Source: Phyllosticta citribraziliensis
Lineage: Eukaryota
Length of the DNA stretch: 64,000 nucleotides
Direction of reading: 5' to 3'
Assembly: GCF_038025025.1 (NCBI RefSeq)
Contig: NW_027117339.1
Span: forward strand, 496,001-560,000
Below the pieces are notes generated by a model that made no database searches, was not told the origin of the DNA, and was given only the letters and a program-made list of their open reading frames with translations. A program made the position numbers and the translations under genes. Positions 27,620-37,641 of the stretch are shown one piece after another; position 1 is the stretch's first letter; every line of letters starts with the position of its first letter.

Positions 27620-28788
27620 ACAGTGGGTCAAGAGAGTCGCCAGGTCGATTTGGACGGGGACGCCGGGAGGTTGAAGTAATGTTTGCACGCAATGCAGCTG
27701 TTCGGCTGTGGTTGAATAGCCCAATACTGTGTAGATAGAAAAGTCAGCGTCGACAGCAGGCGCCAGGCCTAAAACCAGCAAAGTTGAGCCAACCATTCAA
27801 CAGAATCATTGAGACGTTCGAAGTTGTGTTCTGTGGCATGTCTCATGCCTCATCTTGCCTAGTCTAACGGCTCCGATTGGTTCCCGCTCAGCCCGCTGCC
27901 AAAAGCATGCATTCCGCGGTTTCTGTCGACGCGTTTTGTGTTTGACGTGCGGAATTTGTTTTTCCTGTCTTTGAGACACATGGAGGCTGGGAATGACATG
28001 ACCGAAGTCTTGTTGGATAGCTGGGCGCGGACCGTGATCGGCGCGACGCACAAGCAACCTACCATTTCTGGAGACCGTCTCGCAAGGGTTTCCTTGCTGG
28101 TGGGATTTGCAAACCCAGGGACTGTGCCCTACCAAAATAAATGGGTGGTTCAGCCTCATGCCCATGGTGGAGTTTTTGACAATCCTGGTTTCGTTGTTCA
28201 ACCGAGGCTCTTGTCGTCGCTCGTCGACTTCAAAAAGGGTCAGCGCGTCACCTTCGCTTATCCCCACAGCTCCACAAACCTTAATTTCACCTCGGACCCG
28301 CCCTCGTCCATTGCAACTTCCCCGCTACCTGACGAATCCCAATGTGAACCTTGAAATGACAGAAACCTTCGTGGGAAGGTCTCAAGAGGTCCAGATCGGT
28401 CGGAGATGCTCCGGGAAAGGCGGCGCGGCCAGGCTACCTTAGCGTCCCTGGGCCGCATTGGCGACGACATGTCGTCATCAAAGCTTGCAGCTTACTGCAA
28501 CTCCAACCTGCTGATTGAGCCCCAGAGGCGGACGGAACACTTGTCTGTCCCTGCATCCGCTTTCCCCAGGACTAAAACAACGACCGACACCACGTGAAGC
28601 TGAAGCGTGACGTCGAGGAATCTCCACTTCCGCAAAGAGCTGTTGGCATTGAAACGTGCAACCACCTGTCCACAAGTGTGAGCCGCACCAGAAGATAGCA
28701 CCGCAGCTCTAACTCAGAGTAACGAACGCTCCACGAGAGTCGCCCACCAAGAGTAACGAACGGTGCATGAGAGTCGTCCATAGTCATC

Positions 28789-30231
28789 ATGGCTTGGAAA
28801 CAACTGGAGCCGACGGCGTCGCACCTCACCTACATGGTCTTGTCGTCTTTCCTAATCATCTACGCGCTTTTCTCCCTCTTCATCCGCAACAGACTCCATC
28901 TGTCAGAACCACCTCTGGCGACTCTTTTCGGCATCATCTTTGGACCTCGAGGCGTCGGCGTCCTGCGCCCCGAGGCCTGGGGCCTCAATGACATCTTCAT
29001 GCAAGAGTTTACCCGAATCATTCTCGGAATCCAGGTCTTTGCTGTGGGAATCGAGTTGCCGGCCCATTATCTCGCAGGCCACTGGAAGAATGTGGCCATG
29101 ATGCTCGGCCCCGTCATGGCGTTTGGATGGATTGTCTGCGCGGCCTTGATATACGGTATCCTCCGGATCGACTTTGCAACGTCCTTGGTTATCGCTGCGT
29201 GCCTGACCCCCACGGATCCGGTTCTCGCGGCCAGCGTCCTGTCGAACTCGCAATTCTCGACGCGGATACCAAGGAGGGTTCGTCATCTGCTGTCAGCCGA
29301 GAGCGGCTGCAACGACGGCGTGTCGTTCCCTTTCATCTACGTTGGCCTCTTCATCATGACCGAGAAGTCTGTCGGGAGTATCCTGGAAAAGTGGTTCTTG
29401 TTGACAATCCTCTGGCAATGCGTCTTTGGAACAATCATCGGCCTCGCAATCGGTGTAACCGCCAACGCTGTCCTGCGCTTCGTGCATGGTCGGCGTATGA
29501 TAGGGCGCGCCTCGTATCTCGTCTTCTATATCCTACTGGCCGTCTTTTGCATCGGCGTGGCCAGTACCCTCGGAACCGATGATTTCCTCGTGGCCTTTGC
29601 AGCTGGTATTGGCTTCGCCCACGACGGATGGTTCCGCAGCAAGATTGCCGAGACGCGCCTGCCCATGATTATCGACTTGCTCTTGAACAGCACCATGTTC
29701 GTATACTTCGGAGCCTCCATTCCCTGGCACATGTTCAACAAGTCCACGCCGGACTTCTCCTTGAAGGCCGGCGTTCTTCTCGGCCTCCTCGCTTGTATCC
29801 TCCTCCTCCGCCGCATCCCCGTCGTCCTCTTGCTGAGTCCGTTCATCTCCGATATTCGAACGTATCGCGAAGCGCTTTTCGCCGGGCATTTCGGGCCCAT
29901 GGGCGTGGCGGCACTCTTTCTAGCCATCGTGGCTCGCGCGCATCTCGAGACTGGCGCTTCGGAACCGCTGCCTCATCCTCCGGGCCATGGCGAGACGCAC
30001 CCTCTTCCTCCAGTCTCGAAGAAGGCTATCGAGATCATTTGGCCCGTTGTTTGCTTTATTGTTCTCGGGAGCGTCATGGTACACGGGCTCAGCACGCTTG
30101 CGATCAGTGTGGGCAGCCATTTTGCGCGAAAGGAGGGCGAAAGGGCGCCTTTGATTGGCGCGGAAACGGGGAGGTTTGATGGCCTGGTGAGCGATGAGAG
30201 CGAGGATGAACTGGATGAGGAGGAACAGTGA
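28789..30231 (+). CDS. CPA1 Na+(K+)/H+ antiporter (Nha1/Sod2 family, short form)
   Basis: Many TM helices; TPTDPVLA, LSAESGCNDG and GHFGPMGV motifs; single exon. Confidence 0.92.
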   Translation: MAWKQLEPTASHLTYMVLSSFLIIYALFSLFIRNRLHLSEPPLATLFGIIFGPRGVGVLRPEAWGLNDIFMQEFTRIILGIQVFAVGIELPAHYLAGHWKNVAMMLGPVMAFGWIVCAALIYGILRIDFATSLVIAACLTPTDPVLAASVLSNSQFSTRIPRRVRHLLSAESGCNDGVSFPFIYVGLFIMTEKSVGSILEKWFLLTILWQCVFGTIIGLAIGVTANAVLRFVHGRRMIGRASYLVFYILLAVFCIGVASTLGTDDFLVAFAAGIGFAHDGWFRSKIAETRLPMIIDLLLNSTMFVYFGASIPWHMFNKSTPDFSLKAGVLLGLLACILLLRRIPVVLLLSPFISDIRTYREALFAGHFGPMGVAALFLAIVARAHLETGASEPLPHPPGHGETHPLPPVSKKAIEIIWPVVCFIVLGSVMVHGLSTLAISVGSHFARKEGERAPLIGAETGRFDGLVSDESEDELDEEEQ

Positions 30232-31483
30232 GGCTTCGGTGTCGTGCCTTCGGCCTGGCTGGCCGTACGTGTTTGTCGGTCGATCTGTTGTGGACTGTCA
30301 GCATTTTTCTCTCTACTCAAGTCTGGATTCGCCTCTGCATCTCTCTTTTTCTACCACCCTGTGTCATGGATTGAAAGAAACACGGAGCGTTCCTGTGTTG
30401 ACGGGAGGCGGGAGCGAAGGGAGATCTTTGGCGTTCGTTGCGCAGCCTGGCGTCGAATATTGAAGAGTGGAGACGAAAAATGTCGACTTCGCTCTGCGAC
30501 TCAACACCAGGACTGCAAGACCCGAACAGCGGCTTGCTTCAATCGAATTCAAGCTCCCACAGGCTGTTGCAAACTCGGATCAGAGGGTCCTCCTTTCTCG
30601 AGTTGACATGTACAACTCTTTGACTTCTTGTTCCCCAATCTTCTTCACAAACGCGACACTGTCACGCAAACGACGCTAGTACGCGGCACCAATCATTGGA
30701 AACATCTGGTACGCCCGACGTGTCTCCCATCAGTCTCCGGAAAATGCCATTAGGATATCTGCCAGCGTGTTCCATCGATCCATGAGACTGCCATCAGAAC
30801 ATCTGGGAGGCTCCGAAATCTGGAGGTAGATCACCTGGAGCATATCAAGCCAACCAGCGCATGAAGACGTGTACCAGTCGGGTTGGGTGACTCCGGAACT
30901 GGTCATCGGTGCCTTGAAACCAAAGCAGGTCTGGAGTGCAAGAGTGAAGATAGCTCCGCTCAGACCAAGCACGAGGAAGGCTGACATGGACCCTGAAAGC
31001 ACGGATATGGAGCACGGACAAGATCCAACCAGTACATCACAATGGATATTAGGCACGTGTGGCGCGTGCTATTTGGCAAGGCATCTGATTCCGATATCGT
31101 CGACGACAATTGGCTGACAGCTGTCCAGCAGACGCGGGCCAGCTCATGCAAAGTCAGAGGGGGTTCTTTCGGCATGGCCACATGGGCGGGAGGGTGACTG
31201 GAGCAGGCCCGGACGACGGTCAGTCGGCACCGCCGGCGCAAGAGACGGGCACCTACAAAAGCTTCTCTGGAGGCTCGCTGCTCGACCTTTTCTCTCCATC
31301 GGATTCCAAGAGCAAACGATTGTCTCCCTACTGAAAGATCGCTCAACCTTCCAATACACTTCGGATTCCCATCTTCTCTCTACACCCTGCATCTGACTCT
31401 CCCTCCACACCAAACATCTCGCCTCCTACGACACCAGCCTTCTTGGTCACCCTCCTGCTGGGGTCTGCTTCAGCGTGGCGAAA

Positions 31484-33064
31484 ATGTCGAGAACTCACGA
31501 TATTCGAGCTAGCATGAGTGTCCAGCGGATTATCACTGACGACCAAGCGATGTACTTTGCTCAACACCAGGCCATCGGAAAAGCCCCTGAGCGGCAACAG
31601 AGCACTCCACACGCAACCCCTGGCCGCGAAGATTCTCGTCAAGCAAGCTCGCTTCAAGCAGCTCAAGCACTCCTCTCCCTGTCCCAAAGCCCGCAGATTG
31701 AGGATGAGGTTCCTGAGGTGAGCGCCGCCACGGATGTCCTTGCACCAGGTCGTCCATCGCCAATCGACCGACGTCCCGTGGCCTCCCCATCGACAGATCA
31801 TGTCCGTGCGCAGGGTCGTTCACTTCTCTTTGACCTACCTGTTGCAAACTTTCCATCGCCCATCGACCAAGGTCCTGTAGCCTCGCCATCGACAGATCAT
31901 GTCCGTGCGCAAGGCCATTCACCTCTTGTCGACCTACCTCCTGCAAACTTTCCATCGACACGCCATGCCCCTGTGCAAGCACGCTCATCTTCCATCGACT
32001 TGCCGACCACCCGCTTTACATCGATGAACCACAGGCCTGCGCAAGCGCGCTCGTTCTCCACCAACCTACGGACCACGGGCTTTACATCGACAAACCACGG
32101 CTTAGTGCAAGCACGCTCACAGTCTACTGGCCTACCACGCATGAATCAGCCATCGACCGACGATGCCCATGTGCTAGGCAGCTCCAATGGGCTTCCTGTC
32201 ATCAGGCCTAACCGGATGCCCGTTGGCAGAGGAAATGGCAGAGCCAGACCAACAGGCATCAGCAAGCGAAAGCCCCCGGTCAAGAAGCCAAAGCCGGATC
32301 CCATGGACTACATTACCGCCGGCACACCTCAAACTCGCGAATTCGAATGCACCTACGGCAACCCCTGCATGCTCGGCCAGTACACACTCAACCTGTCGCG
32401 CAAGATGGTGTCGGACTACTTCGGGCGCAACAAGAAGGCGACGGCCATGATCGAGGGCAAGTGGATCATGTCGTGCCGCAAGCACTACCAGCGCCTGTCG
32501 TATCAAGAGAGCTGGCCGTTCACCAAGGCCGACATCGTGCAATCTCAGCTCTTCGAGATTGACCAAATCGAGCCCAACATGACGTGGGAGATCAAGCTCA
32601 AGAACAGCGAGGAGAAGCGCCTCACGGATTACCTCCACGATTGCTCCCAGAACGGCTCTGCCCCTGTCTGGACCTCGCCCGTCGCCACATTCATTCCCGA
32701 CGGCACCAACGGGAAGAAGCAATCGTCGCTTGCCGTGCTGCATTCGCTCCACAGCTTCTGCGGAAAGTCCAAGACTACCCAGGATTGCAGAGACATCATC
32801 GCGGCGGCCACGGCGGCGCTCCACTCGGGCAAAGCCGTCCAGTTTCCCCTCTTTGAAATGATTCCGCAGTTCACGAGCCTGGCCAAGAGGAAGAGGTCCG
32901 CTTCTTCTGCGTCTGGAAACGAGAACGAGGGCACGGGCAGGCCTCACAAGAGGTCCAGGTCGTCGGACGAGGAGGACGACTTTGTGGAGGCGGATGGCCA
33001 CGAGGATGACAGCGAGGATGAGGACTTTGTCATGGAGGATGTGGAGAGCGAGTCGGAGGCTTGA
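31484..33064 (+). CDS. Uncharacterised ascomycete protein with a conserved Cys/His domain (family usually annotated 'ORP1-like'), internal tandem repeats and acidic tail
   Basis: CTYGNPC...RKMVSDYFGRNKKAT...WIMSCRKHYQR; NLS-like KRKR; D/E-rich tail. First ATG at 31484. Confidence 0.7.
   Translation: MSRTHDIRASMSVQRIITDDQAMYFAQHQAIGKAPERQQSTPHATPGREDSRQASSLQAAQALLSLSQSPQIEDEVPEVSAATDVLAPGRPSPIDRRPVASPSTDHVRAQGRSLLFDLPVANFPSPIDQGPVASPSTDHVRAQGHSPLVDLPPANFPSTRHAPVQARSSSIDLPTTRFTSMNHRPAQARSFSTNLRTTGFTSTNHGLVQARSQSTGLPRMNQPSTDDAHVLGSSNGLPVIRPNRMPVGRGNGRARPTGISKRKPPVKKPKPDPMDYITAGTPQTREFECTYGNPCMLGQYTLNLSRKMVSDYFGRNKKATAMIEGKWIMSCRKHYQRLSYQESWPFTKADIVQSQLFEIDQIEPNMTWEIKLKNSEEKRLTDYLHDCSQNGSAPVWTSPVATFIPDGTNGKKQSSLAVLHSLHSFCGKSKTTQDCRDIIAAATAALHSGKAVQFPLFEMIPQFTSLAKRKRSASSASGNENEGTGRPHKRSRSSDEEDDFVEADGHEDDSEDEDFVMEDVESESEA
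31754..32160 (+). repeat. Coding tandem repeat: 2 x 99 bp followed by about 3 degenerate ~66-bp units
   Basis: PSPIDRRPVASPSTDHVRAQGRSLLFDLPVANF / PSPIDQGPVASPSTDHVRAQGHSPLVDLPPANF, then H.PVQARS.S..L.T..FTS.N units. Confidence 0.85.
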
Positions 33065-33627
33065 TTCATGCACGGCCTGGCCTGTCAGTGGTGTTGAAAT
33101 TGCTGTTTGTGCTTTCGGAGGGATTGACATGGAGTTGTGGAAATGGGATTGATTTTTTTTCTTTTGTCACCTGGGAACACACGGTTATATTCTTGAAATT
33201 CCCAAGCATGCTTGCTCATGGATATACTCATCTGGTTGGCCTCTGGGCCTCTTGGTACTTTTACTCAGTAGGCGATGCCTACAAATAGTCGAGGATAGCA
33301 AATGGAAATTGATTCAAATGTGAGTCTGCCCTCACCCTAATTTGGTGACACTGCTCCCCCGTTGGCTCCATTCTCTCTGCTTGTGACTTCACGCAGGACA
33401 AATTGGAAAGGTTGACGATGAATGGAGTGACGTTCGAGCATTCGAGCCCTGATCCCTGTCAGCCAACGTGCGTGGACCCCGGAAGCGTCGATCGCCTCGG
33501 CAAGGCGGGACCCCCGGACGAGGGTGATGTTCGCCTCTCCGCATTTCTGCTCGCATGCCCTACCTCCCCTCCTGGCTTCGTTTCTCGACGGACGCCCAAT
33601 TGCTGAGATGCCCGCCCTCCAACACCC

Positions 33628-34518
33628 ATGCTATCACTCCCTTGGTCAGCACCAACTCGAGCCACAGCACCACCGACGAATGCCTCGACCACGACAGCTT
33701 CCTCTTCAACAACAACAACCATCCTCGCCAACGCCGCAATGTGCCTCGCGACCGACCCAGCGCTCATAACGCTGGTGGCGCTGCTGCTGCCGCTCCTCGG
33801 CATCCTCATCTACCTCACCCACACGCTGACGACGAACCAACGCGCCTATCTCGCGCGCCTGTCGACGGCGACGACCGCCCTCAACGCCGTCCGCGACACG
33901 CTGACCCAGCAGACGTCGCCCGTCGCCGTCACCCTGACTGACGCCGTCAAGGACCTGCACGCGGCCCTCGCCGACCACGCCTCCAGCCTTACCCACGCCG
34001 CCGTGCTGCAGCGCGAGGTCGCCGACGAGCTCAAACGCGTGCGCCAGCCCAGCGGCGGCGGCACGGCCACAGCACCACATGGGCCGCTACTCCACCCTCA
34101 CCTGGCGCATCTCCAGCATTTCCCGCCCCGCGCCACTCCCTCTACCCGCCCCGGTGACGGCGCCGACGACATCGATCTGTACCGCCGCAAGGTCGAGGCG
34201 CTCGAGGGCCTCAGAGCCATCCTGGAGAGCAACCAGAACCTGCGAGACATACGGCCTGGCGAAGACGAGGCGCTGTACCGCAAGCGCGTCGACGCGCTCG
34301 AGGGCCTGTGGAAAGTGATGGAAAGCCAGCTCGGCGTGGCTGGCGGCGGCAACAACAACAATAACGGCGGCGGGCCGGTGGGACCGACGGCGATGGCGAC
34401 GGCGACGAAGGGCAGGAAAAGCGGCGGCAGGAAGGTGGCGAGGGCGCGGGGCTCGGTCAGTGAGGTGGGCAGTCGTAGGAGCGAGGAGACGCTCGCAGAG
34501 AGCTTGATGGATGTGTAG
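33628..34518 (+). CDS. Hypothetical single-TM, coiled-coil protein with a duplicated LYR(R/K)(K/R)V(E/D)ALEGL motif
   Basis: High GC3 ORF; TM segment ALITLVALLLPLLGILIYL; alternative ATG at about 33739. Confidence 0.6.
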   Translation: MLSLPWSAPTRATAPPTNASTTTASSSTTTTILANAAMCLATDPALITLVALLLPLLGILIYLTHTLTTNQRAYLARLSTATTALNAVRDTLTQQTSPVAVTLTDAVKDLHAALADHASSLTHAAVLQREVADELKRVRQPSGGGTATAPHGPLLHPHLAHLQHFPPRATPSTRPGDGADDIDLYRRKVEALEGLRAILESNQNLRDIRPGEDEALYRKRVDALEGLWKVMESQLGVAGGGNNNNNGGGPVGPTAMATATKGRKSGGRKVARARGSVSEVGSRRSEETLAESLMDV

Positions 34519-34789
34519 GTATGCAGCGTGAAAGCGGAAGTGAAGGCGGGCGGCGGGGCGCGGCGGCTGGCAAAGTCATTCGGTGCTGGGTGGGTGGGTG
34601 GTCAAAAAATGCTGGTTGCGGTGTTGAGGCGTTGGCGCAACTGCGTGGTTTGCAGGGCATGAGGTCGTTTGTCGCCCTTGCCGATTCTTTTTTTGCAAAA
34701 AAATAAGGAAGTCCGTGGGTTGGGTGGTGGTGCTCGCGCCCGGACTCGACCACGCGCTCAAATAATTATTGAGTTGGGAGGTTCGGCAC

Positions 34790-34923
34790 AAAAAAAGATA
34801 TCATTAAGATATTAGTGGGTTGTTCGAGCCTCTTAGAACCTAACCTCTGTTCCCATAGACCAGTGGATGTGCAATTGGTCGGGTCCGATAACGTCCTCGG
34901 TCGGGTTCCAGGTCGAAGATTAG
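34790..34923 (-). ncRNA. Structured small RNA family 1, copy 1 (TATA / T7 / downstream B-box-like motif)
   Basis: 102-nt core (34822-34923) matches 36752-36853 at 98 of 102 positions; terminal stem and four-way junction; T7 run at 34790-34796. Confidence 0.65.
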
Positions 34924-34938
34924 GATGAACTTTTGGCC

Positions 34939-34945
34939 TTATATA
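34939..34945 (-). promoter_or_regulatory. TATA box (TATATAA) of family 1 copy 1
   Basis: Begins 25 nt before ATCTTCGACC; same spacing in copy 2 although the spacer sequence differs. Confidence 0.65.
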
Positions 34946-36715
34946 TTGACTGTTCTTCGTACTTTTTCACAAGAGGAGGCATGAAACGTTTCATACCGCC
35001 GACACTCGCCCAATGGCCCGCACGGCATCACAAAGCAACAAGACTGTCGCAGCCATTTCTTCGTGCTGCTGTGGATCAAACCGCTTGAGGTCTTTCGTGA
35101 AAATGACAACCCGCACCAACACCCCAGATAATCAAGATTTGCAGGATCGTGTCTCTGAGCCTACGCGTCTGCAGTGGAGTCTGGGTAATTTAATTCGTCA
35201 AGGAGCACATTCTCTGCAAGTACTTTTCCTTGCCCGGCCCTCTATGGGCGCGACACCTGCAAAACAGCCTTCCCATCCCTTATCTTCCATTTCCATAATA
35301 TTAGGTGCCAACAAAGATCAGCCTCTGGCGCGCGAATCGATGCCTGATTAAAATTCTGAATGTCCTTTGAAAAGACTTTGAGCAGCGTGCACTCTGCTAC
35401 TGTAACTCCTGTAGTCAATCACTGCTCTGTTGGGTCCATTTGGAATTGAGGACCCGCTTTTACACCCCCTGTAGAGAAACGTAGGTAGTAAAGGCCAGTA
35501 CGTGCCGTGGACGCCTATCTGTATATATGGGCGGCGTCCGCACTGAAGGAAGACAACCCGTGGACTCATCTCTCAGTTTCCTTAGTATCTGGGCCCAACA
35601 ACACTCGCTAAGATACACCAGGGCCATAGGCGCTTGCAGCTTCCAAGGTTGCTCTGTTTGGAGCAAGGCGCATATCTCTGTCGTGCGAGACCTTTCTGAG
35701 CAGCTGTTTTGCAGTCCGTGTACGTGGAGCAGTCAGGCACAAGTACTCTCGTTTGCTTTGTCCCACCATAGATGATCCTGCACCCATTTTCGGCTGTACC
35801 TGCGACCGTCATAGGCGTGAATCTCCCGCCAAATGTTTGTCTCGAGAGCTTCGCCGCTCGACATGGCGAAGTGACGCGTCATTGCCGCCTGCAAGTGTCT
35901 TGCGGAGAAGGCAGTCCGGGCGAGGAGACGCCATGCAAAATCGGCCCCTCAGCCATAGTTTGAATCGTTCCTCGCAGGGCTGCCAACTTCCTTCCGAAAT
36001 TTGAGGTTCTTGTGCGCAGCCTCCAACTTCGCGCGGCTGTCATGCGATGCCGCCTTCGCGCCATACCGCCCATGCTGATAAGTAGACCTGGCCATTATGA
36101 TGTGAGTGAGGTATGAATGCTCCATCCATCTTCTCCACAAACACAATTCTTTACGTGATGCTGGGCGTCGTTGTGGGGGAAGTCTAGAGTGGCGGCGGCG
36201 ACAGCAGTATCAGTGGCGTGGTTGACGGCGGTGATGGCTCGACGGGGGACTCATTGTGAGCCTTGAATGACTGGAAAAATTGGGCGACTTTTATTTGTGA
36301 GGGTGAGAGCGAGAGATGGTTCGAGGGAGAGTTGTTTGCGCAGTGGAGGTCAACATGGTTGAGGTGAATGGTCAAGGTGCGCGAGCACTAACAAAATGCC
36401 GGCATTCTAAGATATCGTAAGCAGTGAATGACAAGATAATGTCAGTAAGAGGAGAGAGGGTGTTAAAATAGAGGCTGGGGTGTCAAAAAAGGTCGCCGCC
36501 GTACTAAGCGCAAGAATGAAATCAGCGTTGCTTTGCTGGGCATGAGTGCAATGACACCGCCCGGCAAAGTTCTTACAACCTGACATGGCGCCGCCGCCGA
36601 CATTGCCAAGCAAAAGTTTGTTGCGGGCGCGACGTTTCTTTTTTGCAAAAGTGATTGTTGCCAACACTGGGACTCGACCGCGAGCTCAAAGGATTACTGA
36701 GTTGGGAAGTTCGGC

Positions 36716-36853
36716 AAAAAAATATCCTTAAGATAAGGATTGTATAAGTGGGTTCGAGCCTCTTGGAACCTAACCTCTGTTCCCATAGACCAGTGGGCGT
36801 GCAATTGGTCGGGCCCGATAACGTCCTCGGTCGGGTTCCAGGTCGAAGATTAG
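36716..36853 (-). ncRNA. Structured small RNA family 1, copy 2
   Basis: Core 36752-36853; T7 run 36716-36722; GGTCGAGTCC B-box-like motif at 36670-36679. Confidence 0.65.
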
Positions 36854-36868
36854 ATCAAAGTTTCCACA

Positions 36869-36875
36869 TTATATA
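36869..36875 (-). promoter_or_regulatory. TATA box (TATATAA) of family 1 copy 2
   Basis: Same 25-nt spacing to the core as in copy 1. Confidence 0.65.
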
Positions 36876-37374
36876 TTGCCATTTTTCCTTGACCCGGACA
36901 CTGCAAGCCGCGCTCTACTGCCCCAGCCACTTTCTAAACATGAGGACATTATGAGTTGGTTGACCTACTCACCCTAACACGTGTACAGCCAGCTTCTGGA
37001 AAAGGCGGCCCCTGGGCCCCCGACATCCAATATTTACCTTGCTTGTCTTACCTGTGGCCGGATTCAGCATTGTTAGAAGAGCAATCATGTTGAAGATGCG
37101 CTTTCGCAACAAGGGAGTGCATTCCAAGACTTTGATGATGGTGGGAGTACCAGATGACATGAATGCTCCCAATGCGCCCACAACACCACACCACACGCAC
37201 AACGAACGAACGAACGCACCACAACGGCAACCCCCACAGTCCATGTTCAAAGGCGAAGGAAATGCCCCAGCGGAAAGTAGACAATAGAGTCGCTTGAGGG
37301 AGCAGACCCTAATAGGCTTGCTGTGCCGGTCCTTTTTTCACGAATACTGAACCACTTGAGTGACTTGATCTTAT

Positions 37375-37641
37375 TGACGAAGTAAGATGAGAGAACTGAA
37401 GACTCTATTTGAGGCTACTCTGAGAGCTATCTATATACTGCTGAAACTGCCAGGGGGAGTAGTAGCTGGTACTAACTGCTGATGAGTCCTGAACTTGTTG
37501 AGATATATAAAGCTAATAGATAAGTGTATCTTGACTAAAGTAGTAAGTTGTTGTCTGGATAAGCTGTAGTTATCTAGGTGAACTGTAGCTAAGATGATGC
37601 GATGGGAGACTGCTTAGTATTATTATATAGGACTACTAATA
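37375..37641. repeat. LTR (3' LTR of the minus-strand element)
   Basis: Direct repeat of 42297-42563; differences seen are transitions. Confidence 0.95.

Noticed and set aside
27938..28354. 138-aa ORF between the Rds1 and antiporter genes
   Set aside because: No recognisable motif or convincing gene structure.
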